From: Cyanophora paradoxa CCMP329
Lineage: Eukaryota > Plantae > Glaucophyta
Direction: 5' to 3'
NCBI GenBank assembly: GCA_004431415.1
Contig: QPMI01000212.1
Location: forward strand, 81,678 to 145,677
Length of the DNA: 64,000 nt
The notes beneath the pieces were generated by a model, which ran no database searches, had not been told where the DNA came from, and worked only from the letters and a program-made list of their open reading frames with translations. This document shows positions 48,325 to 60,766 of the stretch, in pieces. Each line of letters starts with the position of its first letter. Position 1 is the first letter of the stretch. A program made the translations under genes and the position numbers.

Positions 48325-50195
48325 ATGGAGGGATTCCCGGCCCCGGCTCCGGGGACCACGGAGCACCCCGAGAATCTCAATGCAGCCGCCGGAGAGTCCA
48401 GCAGAGAGGTTTCGGGGGACTTCGACCAGACCGCGCATTTCGGTCAGGTGGTGGAAGCGAAAATCGATGGCTACATCGACTGCGGGTTCTTTATCACAGC
48501 GCGGATAGGCGGACGCGAGTTCCGAGGAATGCTGCTCGATACATCGAATAGAACGTGAGACCTGCGCCCTTCATCGTTTTCTTCGGATTCTGGCTGATTC
48601 GCAAGGCAGGACGCGAGCCGTTCGCGCCCCTCTCACCGCGGAATCCCTCGCTGCGCACGACAAACACACGAGAGCGCGGACCCAACGACGCCGATCCCGG
48701 CAGTCCGGCGCCGCGTCTGTAGCTGGGCAGTCCGTAGCTGGGATGTCCGTTCATAGCGTCGGTGAGCCTCTCGCCTCAGCTAGCGGCAGCTCAGCTAAGC
48801 CTGGCCGCGGCCTCGTGGCTGAACTGACTAGGGTGCTGCAGGCGCCGAAACTACGATGACAACGCGCACGGGCGACGTAAACCTCCCTGTGGGCTACAAT
48901 ACAGACGAGGACGACGGGGACCCGAATAAAGTGCGTGGCGGCGGCTTCCTGCCCTCGCCGGAGCGCCCGGCTCAGCTACAGCTGCGCAGGTCCCGGTCGG
49001 AGTCGTGCTGTCGGCGAAGGGCGTAGCGCGGCGCTTCAGGGGTTGCCCCTGTCACCGGAGGAAGTGCCCGCGGTGCCATCGGTGCCTGAAGAGGCACTGC
49101 AAGTGCGGCTACGTGCCGCCTCCGGAGGGAGCTGAGGCAGCCGGGGAGGACGACGGGCGCAGCGACTGGGAGTCTATGAGTGTGCGCTCCTTCGTTAGCG
49201 CCCGGTCTGCGGCTTCAGCGTCCTCTCGGGGAAGCACGCCCGCCAAGCGCCGCAGCCGCAAGCCCAAGGCCGCCGTCGACTCCGCGAGCGCTGCGGCGGC
49301 GGCGGCCGCCGCCGCCGCTGCCGTAGCGGCCGATGTGTACGGGACAGCGATTCCGCCTGGCTCTTCGGCGCCGGCTTCAGCGCCGGGGTTGGCGGCGCCG
49401 AGCCCGTCGGGGTTGGGGGACGGTCTCCCCGCGAACCTCCCAATCACCCTCCCCATTCCGCCCGAAGCCCTCGCCCCCGCCATCTCTCTCACAGCTTCAC
49501 CCCATTCCATCGCCCCCACGCCCGCTGCGCCGCCCCCGGCAGCAGCCCCACCGGCCCCTGCGGGGGCCGCTCCGCCACGCAAGGTCGGCCCCGCAGCGCG
49601 TGCCTCGCCGCCGGTGAGGGCGGAGGAGGCGGCGCACGGCGCGGAGGCGGGAAGCGGGTCGGAGGCCTCCGGCTCCCTGAAGCGCAAGGCTGGAGAGGCA
49701 GGCCCCGAAGCGGACCCGCACGCCCCCGCCCCCTCCTCCACCACCCCTTCCTCCACTGCCCCATTTTCCGCTGCGCCCGGCGGGCGCCTCGTCGCTCTCG
49801 GTGCCTCCGCGCCCGCTGCCTCCCTCCCCAGCTCCGCATCATCGGCCGCCACATCCTCGGCCCCCGCCACCGCCCCGGCCTCCGCTCCAGCGCCGGCCGC
49901 TCCGAACGCGAACCGCTTCTCGTCGTCCGTAAACCAGCAGCCGGGCACCGCCAACGGGCGCTCTAGCAGCGAGCAGGAGGCCGGCCCTCGCGCCGCCAAG
50001 CGCAGCAGACCTCCTGGCGCACCAGCGGCGGCCGCCGCCCTGGCGCCCGCCGCTTCGGCTGCCGCCCTGGCGCCCGCCGCTTCGGCTGCCTCTGGTGCCT
50101 CCGCGGCGGCTAACTCGTCGTCGGCGGGGAGCACCGCAGCGCCTGCCATGGCCAGCGCAGCGTTGCCGGCGGCGGCAGGCGGCCCTCTGGCGTGA
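48325..50195 (+). CDS. Hypothetical nuclear protein: small beta domain + Cys/His Zn-binding motif + Ala/Pro/Ser-rich tail
   Basis: GQVVEAKIDGYIDCGFFITARIGGREFRGML; CPCHRRKCPRCHRCLKRHCKC; PAKRRSRKPK NLS; internal exons uncertain. Confidence 0.6.
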
Positions 50196-50464
50196 GACAG
50201 GAGGGGAACTGGACTCTGCGGAGCCGTCCTCGAGGCGACCCAGTCCCCGCGCCACTCTTTGACGCGCGCCCCGTCACGGCGTTGCGCCCGCCCAATTTCC
50301 CGTCCGTAGAGTGGATCAAACTGGCATGCTTTCGGACAGTCCTAGTAGGCCTCCGCTAAGACTGCAACTGGTCCTTCTGGATGGTTTCCTAGACAACCTG
50401 TAGGGGCGGCGGCTGCTCGCCGTGCGGGGGGCCCGAGGTGGGGCCCGGGGTGCGGGGGGTCGCC

Positions 50465-53400
50465 CTAGGGGCGCGGGCCTCCGAAGAAGCGGGCGATGGA
50501 GGCCTGCTTGAGGGAGTCCCCCTGGCAGGGCCCGAAGAGGCCCGGCTTCGCCTTGGGCCCGCTCCCCGCCCGCTTCTTCTTCTGCTTTGGGGCGGAGCTC
50601 GCCGCCCGCGGCTTCTTCGCCGCTGGCGCCTTCAGCTCGGGCCCCCGCCGCTTGCCGCCCTCCCCGCCCGACTCCTCCTCCTCCTCGTCGGCCGCGGGCC
50701 GCGGGACACGACGCCTCCGCCGAACCGCAGGGCCCTCCTCCTCCTCCGCCTCCTCCGCGTCGACGTCGATAGCATGCGCGCCGTCTTCGTCGCCCTGCGA
50801 TGCCCGCTCCGGCGTCCGCTCCTCCCCCCCCGCCACCGCCTCCTCCTCGTCCAGCGGCCGCAGCCGCTTTGACCGCGGCGCGTCGCTCGTCTCTGAGCCC
50901 CGCCGCTGCCGGCCCCTCCGCCCGACCGGCCCCCCCTCGTCTTCCTCCTCGTCTTCTGCTGCAGCGCCCTCTGCATCTTCCGGGGCCGCATCCGCTGCCT
51001 CGGCTTGCGCATCCTCGAAATCCGCATTGTCTCCCTTCCTGCTGAAGCGCGGCGCCGCCGCTGACCGCGCCTGCACCTCCGGCGCTGCGGCGGGCGTGAG
51101 GCGACGTGGTGCGGTGGGGCGGGGCGGGCCGCACGGGCGAGGGTGCGGAGGGCGAGGGGCGGAGCAAAGCGGGAGGAGCCGAGCTCGTTGGCGGCGGCGA
51201 CCTCGAAGACGTATTCGGTGTCAGGCCGCAGCCGCCCCGCCTCGTACACACGTGCCGCTCCGCGGTAGTACACCCGCCCTGCAACCGGCAGTAAGACCCC
51301 GGCGCGGGGCTTGGGGCGCGGCGGGCGTGCCGTTCATCTTGAGAATGTACTCGTCGACGGAGCGGGGCCCGACGGCTGGCGGGTCCCACGCAAGCAACGC
51401 CGTCCGCTCCGTCACCTCGCTCACCCGCAGCTTCTCCGGAAGCCCCGGCGGCACTGCCGGCGCGTCGCTCGAGGGCGGAGGAGGGGTCGGGGTCGGCCGC
51501 ACGCTCGCAGGCCCCGGTGGAGAGGATGGAAACCTGGGTCCAGCCGCGATGCCCCCGCGAGTTGGCGGCCAGCAGGCGGAAGCGGTACTCGCTGCGCGGC
51601 GCCAGGCCTTCGACCCGTGCCCGGCACTCCGGGCCTCGGTACGCCTCGCGGACGTCCTTCCCCTCCCCGCGCATTTGCAGCATGTACATGACGTTGTCTG
51701 CGGCGGTAGACGTATCACGAGCGGGCCGCGGCAGACAGGGGGCGGCGGCCGCACCATCGCCGCGGCCATTGACCGGATCCCACTCGACCTCGATCCACTC
51801 GGCGCCTGCTGCCACCGCCCGCGGAGGCACTTCTGGCCGATCTGGCGCCGCTGCGAGGGCCCAGTGTCGGCTGGGGCGATGGAGCTCGAGCGGGGTGCTT
51901 GGCGCGGGGCACCGGCGTCGGTGACAACGGTGAGGAGGTCACTGTAGGGGCCGGGTCCCTTGCTGTTGAGGGCGACGACGCGCAGCTCGTACGCCTTGCC
52001 GCCCAGCAGCCCCGCGATCTCGTACGCGCGCTCCTTCCCCAGATACACTTCAATGAACTCGCCCCGCCCCGCCACGCGGATCTGGGCGGGCTGCTCAGGG
52101 CAGCGCTGCGGGGGCAGGCAGGTGGGGCAGAGGGCGGGGCGGACCTCGAGGGAGTACTTGCGGACGGGGTCGCCGCCGTCGCGGAGCGGATGGTCCCAAG
52201 CAAGAGCGACACGTTCGTCGCTCTTCTCGACGAGGCGCAGGTCGACGGGGGCCCCCGGCGGGCCCGGGTCCGTCAGCACCGCCACGTGCTTCCCGAACTC
52301 GCCCCGGCCGAGCGCATTCACCGCCTGCCGGCGCCCGTCGGCGACGGCGGCCGGCGCGCGGCTGCGGCGGGGGCGCACGGCGACGCGGAACTTGTACAGG
52401 ATGACGGGCCGCAGGTCGTTCGCCTGCGCCGCGGCGGTCAGGCGGCCCACAAGCCCCGGGAGGAGGCGGCGTGCCGTGAACTCGGTGGCGGGGCCCTCGT
52501 AGACGGTCTCCCAGGGCTTCGCCAGCGGCTGCATCTGGAGCACGTAGCTGCAAGGGGCGGTCAGCAGGGCCGGCGCGCGGCGGGCTGTGGGGCCCACGAG
52601 GTGACGGGGGAGCCGCCGTTGGAGGCGGGCGCGCTCCAGACGACGCGGGCCCAGGAGGAGCCGCAGCCGCGCCGGACGGGTGGGAGGGGCGCCTCGGGCG
52701 GCGCCGCGGCGGTGGTCACGTGCGCCGGCTCCGAGCGCTCCCCGGCGCCCTCGGCGTTGCGCGCGGCGACGGAGAAGGTGTAGGACTCGTTGGCCTTGAG
52801 GCCGTCGAGGGTACAGCGCGGCTCGGCGCCAGCCCAGAGGGGCGAGAGGGCCCCCGCGGGTGCCCTCCCCCGCTCTAGATGGACCTCGTAGACGACTTGT
52901 GCGCCGTCGGCACCCGCCTCGACGCGCTCCCACTCCAACTCCACCCGCCCCGCCCCCGCAGCCGACGCTCGAGCCCCCGCGACGCGCCCGGGGGGCGCTG
53001 CGCGCAGCACTCCTCGGTTGGTGGCGGGGCGGGCGGGGCGAGGCGGGGTGGCGCGGGCGGACCGGCGCGGGTGGTGATGCGTGTGTCGTGGGAGAGACGC
53101 GAGAGCCCGGCCTCGTTGAGGGCGGCCGCCCGGAAGGAGAAGGAGGTGCAGGGCGGGAGACCGGGAAGGAGGAAGCAAGCGGCGCCAGCCTCAGCGGGGG
53201 CGGCCGCAGCGACGGGGCGGCCGTCAAGGAAGAGGAGGTAGGCAGTCACGGCGGCAGCCTCGTCCGGCTGCGCCTCCCGCTCGGGGGAAAAGTAACCTAC
53301 CTCTACCGCCACCTCCCCGCCCGCCGCCTGCGACACCCGCGGCGGCGGCAGCCGCTGCGCCACGTCTGCCTTTCCCTGATCAGCCGGGGGAGGCGGGTGC

Positions 53401-56400
53401 GGCGCAGCTGAACACGGACCCAGGCGCGTGCGCTGCGTTGTGGCATCGGAGGCGGGCCCCATACCGGCGGAGTTGCGGGCGGCAACAGCGAAGGCGTGGC
53501 GCGTTGCGGGGGCGAGTCGTTCGACGCGCCAACGGGACGCGGCGCCCTCGAAGACCACCTGCCGCCGACGTGAGAGGAAGCGGGGCGCTCGTGACGCCGC
53601 GCGTGCTTTGCCGTTGACGGAGAGGGCGTAGCCGGCGACGGCGGCGCCGTGCTCTTCAGCCGGGGGCTCCCATGCGAGCTCGACCCACGTCGCGCCGAAC
53701 GCCTCCACGCGCGGCGGCTCGCACCGCCCCGGCGCTCCTGCGAGACGCCGATCACCTCGAGGCTCCAGGAGAGGCGCCGCGCGGGGGCCCACCGGGAACG
53801 GTGAAGAATTCGGCCTCTTCACTGAACTCGGAAAGGCCGCGCTCGTTGCGTGCAGCCACGCGGAACCTGCGCACATGCTCGCGCCCGCCCCGCCCAGCGG
53901 ATTCCCCGGGGCGCGTGGCGGGGCGGGCCTGTATGCGGTGGCAGGGCGCAGGGCGCGGATGGTGCAGGCCGGGAGGACGCCACTATAGGGGTCGGTCTCC
54001 TCGCCGGCCTGCCGGAGGACAAAGCTGCGGACGGAGGCCCCGCCGTTGTCGCCCGGCGCCTCGAACTCGAGCTCCAGCGTCATCGCCGTCGCCCGCACCA
54101 GCCGAGGGGGCGCCGGCCGCCCCGGGGCGGCTGTTAGCCCGTCAGAGGCCGCCCGGCGACGAGAGGAGAAGCTGGTGCGGACCGGCCTCGGTCTTGGCCT
54201 TGGTGGCGGCGGTGCGGGGCCCCTCGCCCCAGCGGTTGTAGGCGAGGACGGTGACCTTGACGGCGGTTGCCGGCTTCAGGCCCGCCACACGGAAAGAGGG
54301 CCTCTCGCCCCTGCGCCCGGCTCGCCGTGGCCCGGAGAGGCGGGCGTGGTGGGCGAACGCGCCGGTAGACCTCGCGGTCATTGACGAAGAGAGCGTATCC
54401 CTCGGCCGCGCCGGCGTTCTCATCGGCGAGGGCGGGCAGCCAGGAGACCTCAAGGCCGCCCGGCACGCCGACCGCCCGCAGATCCACGGGGCGCGCCGGC
54501 GGCGCTGCGCCGATGACGCAGCGTCGGAGGCAGGCGGGTGAGACAGAGGGGTGCCGGCACCGCCATCAGTGACGAACTCGGTGGCCGCGCTCCAGCTGCT
54601 GGGGTAGGCCCTGCGCGGGGGTCACTAGGGCGCACCCTCTCCCGGGCCACGCCCCCCGTCGCCCCGCGCACTTGTTCTTCGCGAGAACGCGCACGCGGTA
54701 CGCCGTCGCCTGCGAGGCGCCGAGTGAGCTGCGAGGCGCCAGCGCGACGGGCGGCATCCCCGCGCACCGGCTTCAGGTCCTTCAGCGTGTGCCTCCTCTC
54801 CGGCCCCTGGTACGCCCGCGCGCCGTTCACCTGCGCCGCGCTGATTCGAGGCGCTGCGGCTCACGCCAGCCTCTCACGAGCTCGCGCACGCACCTCCACT
54901 TCGTACTCGGTAATGGGGGACCCGCCGTTGTCCTCGGGCGCCTGCCCCGCCAATCAGGACCCGCCCCGCGAATCCCGCGCCCGGGCTCCTCACCGTCCAG
55001 GAGATCTTGGCGGAGCGGCTCTTCCCGGCAACGACAGTGGGTGCCGCCGGCGTGGACGGCATGCCTGGGGAGAGGGAGGGGGGGGGGGAGCGGTGACATG
55101 AGGCGACGCCCGGAGGGCTGCGACGGGGGAGGAACGCAGGCACCGAAGTCGGTCTCGACCCAGAAGGTATCCGAGAAGGGGCTGCTGCCCCGCGCGTTTG
55201 TCGCGCACACCTGCCCCATACGCGTCAGCAAGGTGGGCGGGCGGGGCGTTCGGGGGAGGGCTCGCCTTGAAGCTGTGTCGCGTGTTGGGTCGCAGGCCCT
55301 GCACCTCGAACGCCATCGAAGGGCCCGTGTACAGCTTCGCCTGCACGGTGCCTCGGCAGGCGGCAACGGAGAGGGAGAGGGGCGCAGGACGGCACCTCAT
55401 CAACATAAAGGGTGTAAGAAGTGATCGGCGAGCCGTTTTCCGCCGGCGCCCTGCCGCACCAGTGAAAAAAGCACGAGGAGGCGTGCTGGGACGCGATAGT
55501 TACATCCAGGATACACGAATCATGTTCGCGCTCCGGAACATGCACGCCATTCCAAACGGCTTCGATGGCGGGACTGCTCGACGTGGTGTGAATCAGCCGC
55601 GCCTTCGAGCGGACGGCCGTGCGGGACGCACAGGAGGGCGGTGCCTGTGGCTGCGGCGCCCGGTACTGCGGCTGTGGCTGCGGCTGAGGATATCCTCCAT
55701 TGAAGCCTGCGCCGAAGGCACCGCCGAATCCGTAGATCTTCTGGTCGTACTTGAGGCGCTCCGCAGCGTCAGTCAGCGTCGTGTTGGCGGAATTCAAAAC
55801 TGCGCGTGGGTGCCCGCTGTCAGCGCTAGGCGGCGCATGCGGTGCATTCTCAATGAGCGCGCACTCTTGAATGCTTCTACGGCGCCCGTATGCTTGTTCT
55901 TGTCGGGGTGCACCAGCAAGGAGAGCTGCGGAGCAAACTTGCGTTCGCAGGCGACGAGCAGAGCACCGGGGAGGGAGAGCACCTTCCGAAAGCTCTTGGT
56001 GATCTCAGAGTCCGAAGCATTGCGCGCCACGCCGAGCACGTTGTAATAGTTCGCCTGGACCGAATGTGCGTTCAAACTGGAACGACGCAAGCGAGGCGAC
56101 CGCAAGGTGTACCTGGTTGTTGAGGATGCGTATGACGGCCTGATACTGCTGACTGTTGCGCTCCGCTGCGTCGGCGCTCTCCGCATTCGCCGCGCTGCGC
56201 TCGTTTTCCTGATCTTGCCCGGCGTCCGCCTCGTCGGCGCCGTCCTCCGCCTTCGCGGCGCCGTCCTCCGCCTCGTTCAGCAGCACCGTGAACGTTGGAA
56301 AAGCGGCCTCGATCAGCGGATCGAGCTGCAGGGCCTTCCGAAGGAGCTTGGCGGCGCGTCCGCACTGCTTTTGCCTGAGGGCCGCCTCGCCGGCGGCGTA

Positions 56401-56439
56401 GGCATCCCGCGCCGCTTCCTTGTTGGCTGCGGTCACCAT
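50465..56439 (-). CDS. J-domain (DnaJ) protein with N-terminal TPR-like helix pair, ~11 fibronectin type III repeats, NLS and C-terminal PIP box
   Basis: NYYNVLGV..LSLLVHPDKNKHTGAVEAFK..RLKYD; G/F stretch; repeated W..P..NGG..Y / L.P.T.Y.FRV.A.N..G units; tail KQKKKR..KQASIARFFGGPRP*. Confidence 0.85.
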
Positions 56440-56557
56440 TGCCCCGGGAAGGCCTTCGCTCCGGTGCGGACCGACACGCGCTGCAATTCAAACCGACTAC
56501 CGGGGGAAGACGGCGTGGGGGTAGGGGCTCATCCGGCGCGCGCGGCAACGCCGCGCC

Positions 56558-59280
56558 ATGACGGAGCACATCGCGTTCGCCGGCCCTGCTCCCACGAGAA
56601 TAGAACATCGTGCACGTGCCAGCCCGAGATGCCTGGCGCCGTCCGGCGTTACCTGCTCGCACGTCGCCCGCCTAACGAGGCGTCCCGAAGCCCAGACGAA
56701 CCCGAAAGAGTTCTTCTACGAGAGGGTTTTCCACTCACCCGCGAGGTAGGCGCCGAACGCGGCCGTCCGAGACCGCGTCACAGACCGGCCCGTCCTGCAG
56801 CGTCGAGCAGGCCCAAGAAGGCCGATCCGAGCCTCGGCGCCGGCATTTCTGGGTCGAGGCGTCAGATTATCATCGGCACCACTCCTGCTTGCGCCGAAGG
56901 CAGCCGCACTGGAAGAAGCAGTGAGCAGCTTGCGCTCGCCCCTTCGCGCCAGCAAGAGCTTCGCGGCGATCGCTCATGCGGCCGGGCGCGCGCAGGCACT
57001 TGCACATCCACCACCACAGTCATCACGCGACGGAGATAAACGCCATGGCAACCGTGCCGCAGTGCGCCTGCTTGGGGCTCGCCGGCGGGGCCTCGGGCGG
57101 GGCGTGACGGGGTGACGGGGGCGCGGCAGTGGGGAGGGCCATTCGGAGCAGGTGGAGAGGCTGCTGGAGTCGTTTGAGCGACAGCTGCGGCAGATCCTCG
57201 ACAAGGAGGCCGCCGAGCGGCGCCTCGCCGAGCTCGACGCGCAGCCATACTCCCTCGGCTCAGGCTCCAGCCCCGCCGACGGCGACGGCGACGGGCACGG
57301 CGGCGGCGGCGGCGGCGGCGGCGACGGGGGGGGGCAGGGCCCCTGGGAGGGCGGCTTTGGGGATTCGTCGTGGCCGCGCGAGGAGGCGGCGCTGTGGCCC
57401 CCCGACGCCCGCACGCTTCAGGAGCTCGCCCTCGCCGTCGCCGGCACCGCCTGTGCGCCCCGCCCGGGCCACGCGGCCGGCGCCGGGCCGGCGGCTGAGG
57501 GGCGGGGCGGGGGCAGACGCGTTTGGGTGGGCGGCCCTGCAGGGCTTCGAAAGGATGGACGTGGAGGCGGCGCCCGTGCCCCTGCAGGCGCTGCCCCGCG
57601 CGCACCCCGCCCCGCCCGTTGCTGACGCGCCCCGCGCAGGTGCTGTACGGGCTCCTCCAGCTCGGCCAGGTCGCGGGGCCGCCCAGGCGGCGCGCCACGC
57701 CGGCCCGACGCGCAGCGCGCAGTTCGTCGGCGTCGCCCGCATCGGGCAGCTGCTGCATCCGCACGCGGTGGTGGCGGCGCGGGGCCTCGCCGAGGAGGGC
57801 GCCCCCCTCGCCCACGCCTTTCTCTCCGAGGGCGTCGACTACGCCATGACCATGTGCGCGCCGCGCCGGCCGGCGACGCCGGCCCCGCTGGCGCCCGCCC
57901 CGCCGCCGGCGACGCCGGACGCAGCTTCGGGCTCGTGTACGCGATCATGCTGGGCTCCGTCTACGACGACACGAGCGCCAAGCAGGCGCGCCCCCCGCCC
58001 CCGCGCACCGACTGCCGGCGACGGGGCGGGGGTGCAGGACCACATCCGCGAGGCGGCGCACCGCGAGGTGGGGAATCTGAACACCGTCATGCTCCTCGGG
58101 CAGAATATGAACGGCGGCAACGACCTCCCCACCAAGACCGAGATCTTCAACGCGCGTTGCCGCCTCCCCCCCCCACCCCCCCCCGCCGGGCGGCTGAGGG
58201 GCGGGGCAGATGATCCACGAGTACGCATGCTGCGTGCTGAAGCTGGACTTCTCGCGGAAGGCGACGATCTGCTCGCGCTGCGCCGGCATCCTCAACCGCG
58301 TCGAGAAGCGCCTCATGGAGATGGCCGACGACGGGCGGCAGGACAAGGTCCGCCCCCCGCCTCGCCCCGCGCCCCGTTCCCCGCTCTCACGCCGCCTTCA
58401 GGTCGACCGCGTCAACCTCGGCGCCCTCCTCTCCGCCCTCCGCAACGCGCAGGAGTCGCGCTCGGTGCGCAGGGGCGGGGCCGGGGGCGGCGGGGCGGGG
58501 GGCGAGGCGGGGCGCGGCAGGTGCGCATCTCGGCGTTCGAGACGCACCTCTCGTGGATGCTGGCGGCGCGGCTGCGGGGCCTCTCCGCCCTTCTCACCGC
58601 CGGCTTCCTCTACTCCTCCTCGGGCTCCCCGCGCCTCGACGCCCTCCTCTGGGGCACCCTCATCGGCGTCTTCGTCAAGCTCGACCAGGCCCGCCCCCGC
58701 CGCCCCCAACCCCGCCCCCTCCCCCGCCCTCAGCCCCCGCAGGTCTACCAGGACCTCGCCGACTGGACGCAGGGCGAGTGGAAGGCGCGCCTGCTTGCGC
58801 GGGGCGGGGCGGCGCATCGCGTGGCGGCGAGCTGAGAGCGCGCAGGTGACGCCGTACTGCTTCGAGCAGCTGCTCGACACCGTCGAGGCCGACATGCGCG
58901 TGCGCGCCGCCGCTCGCGCCTTGGCCCGCTACGCGCCCCTCCCGACCCCGCCGCCGGCCCCTCAGGAGCTCAAGATCCCCGTGCCCAGCCGCGCCGCCTA
59001 CAACTTCGTTGCCCGTTTCGGATCGCAGGCTCGCGTCGCGCGCCCGCCCCGCCCGCCCCGCCCGACGCCCCTGCAGGAGATGGTCTCGCCCCCGCCGACG
59101 ACGGCCGCTGAGTCGGCGCCGCTGGTGCGCCGCCGTCGCTCCGGCCGCCTCGATCTCGACGACTTCGCGCCCTCTGTGCGTCCCTCGCCCCGACCAGCGC
59201 TCTCCCCCGCGTTGCCGAACGCCCCGCCACGCCCGCAGCTCTCCTCCGCCCGCAAGGACGTTGGCTCCCGCAGCCACTAG
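56558..59280 (+). CDS. Degenerate trans-isoprenyl diphosphate synthase-fold protein (probably non-catalytic)
   Basis: LVYAIMLGSVYDDT..AHREVGNLNTVMLLG, RISAFETHL, LIGVFVKLDQVYQDLAD align loosely with FARM, KT and SARM regions; spliced frame continuous from ATG 56558. Confidence 0.5.
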
Positions 59281-59830
59281 CTCCCTCTCCTCTCCATCCG
59301 TCAGACCCGCTCCCCGGTTCGACAGTTTCATGCAGGCACATGTCCCGTCTCCATTGCATTCAATGATTCTGTAAGAGCCCCCTATCTCTGTAGTGGTAGG
59401 CGTGTACATGTGCTTCGTTCTTTCAAAGCTCTCTCAGGGTTATTAGTTTTTTGATTTGCTCTTCAAGCTTCGTCTGGCGTGGCGGTTCGAATTCAACCTT
59501 CCACCTGTGCAGCTCACTGCAGCCCAGCGGCTGGCATCCTCTGCACAGCTTCTATATCTCTGCTTGTTTCAAGTTTCAAACCGCGGCGGTGCCACGGTTT
59601 TTTTGGAAAGCGGTTATAATTAGCTAGCTGTACTATGATAGGGGCACATTCTAGCTCTAGAATATACGTAATGATTCGCGTCCGCAGTCGATTTTGAATG
59701 ATGGCTCGCAGCATGCAATTGCAATATATACCTATCTGGCTCAGAAAAAAAAACGTTTAAAAGACCTCGTCAACTGTGAGCTCGAGAGTTCCCTTACTAG
59801 GTCGCAAGGCTTCGATTTCGAATTCACGTG

Positions 59831-60728
59831 TCAATCGTCATGATCATTGCGGGTGTACCAGCGCGTAAAGAAATCGCTCTGAGGAAACCTGCGTGAGCGG
59901 CCAGGGACGGGGCGAGGGACACTATGTATACGTATACGCGGCAGGGCCGGGGTCTAGATCATCAGATCTGTGTGTGCCGGACCTGGATCCACAAGAGCTT
60001 GCTGAAGGCGCGCACGAGCGCCCACTTCTTTCCCTCGTCCAGAACCGCCGGGTCCACTGCCTGTCCGGATCTATTCGTGAGCAGGGGTCTGGGTGGCGGG
60101 GCTGGGAGGGATATCGATCTACAGGGACGAGAGGGGAAAGGGGGGGGGGGGGGGGGGTGGGTGGGGTGCGCGAGGGAAATCAAAGGGGTCCGGGAGGGGC
60201 GGGTCGGGCGCAAGTGCAGAGGGTAGGGGAGCCGATAGAGGGCCCGGAGGAACGGGAAAGGAGGAGCGCTTACAGCGAATGTGCTGATGAGGGCGTCGTG
60301 AACGAATCCAAAGAGGGCGCTGACATGCACGAGCTCCACCTCCACCCGCCGGTCCCCCGCACTGCGAGCTCGAGTGCGTTATATTAAAAGAATGATCTAA
60401 AAGAGGATCGGCCTGGGGTCCCGGGCCGGGCCAGGCGCCGGAGGGAGGCCGTTGAACTCGCCTGTGGGTGTGGACCTTGCCGACGCGGTCGATGTACGCC
60501 ACGAAGTCGCCATCGTAGTCCGCCGTAACCACTACGGATCAACGTGCACGTTCCGGCCGCCCCCGGTTCAGGACACATACGTCGACTGCCACCGGCAGAG
60601 GGCCGGGCCGGCCGCCGGGCACAGGACTCACGCTTGGTGAGGTACTGGATGTGGACCCGGGATTCGAAGTTAAGTGGGCGCGGGGGTGCTTGATGAGCTC
60701 GAGGTGCTGGCACGGATGCACGTAGGGG

Positions 60729-60766
<38 letters not shown>

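Noticed and set aside
5870-59240. Recurrent (CCCCG)n/(GGGGC)n tracts in introns as an introner family
   Set aside because: Low-complexity similarity only, with no alignable unique sequence between introns (except the twin pair at 31896-32013)
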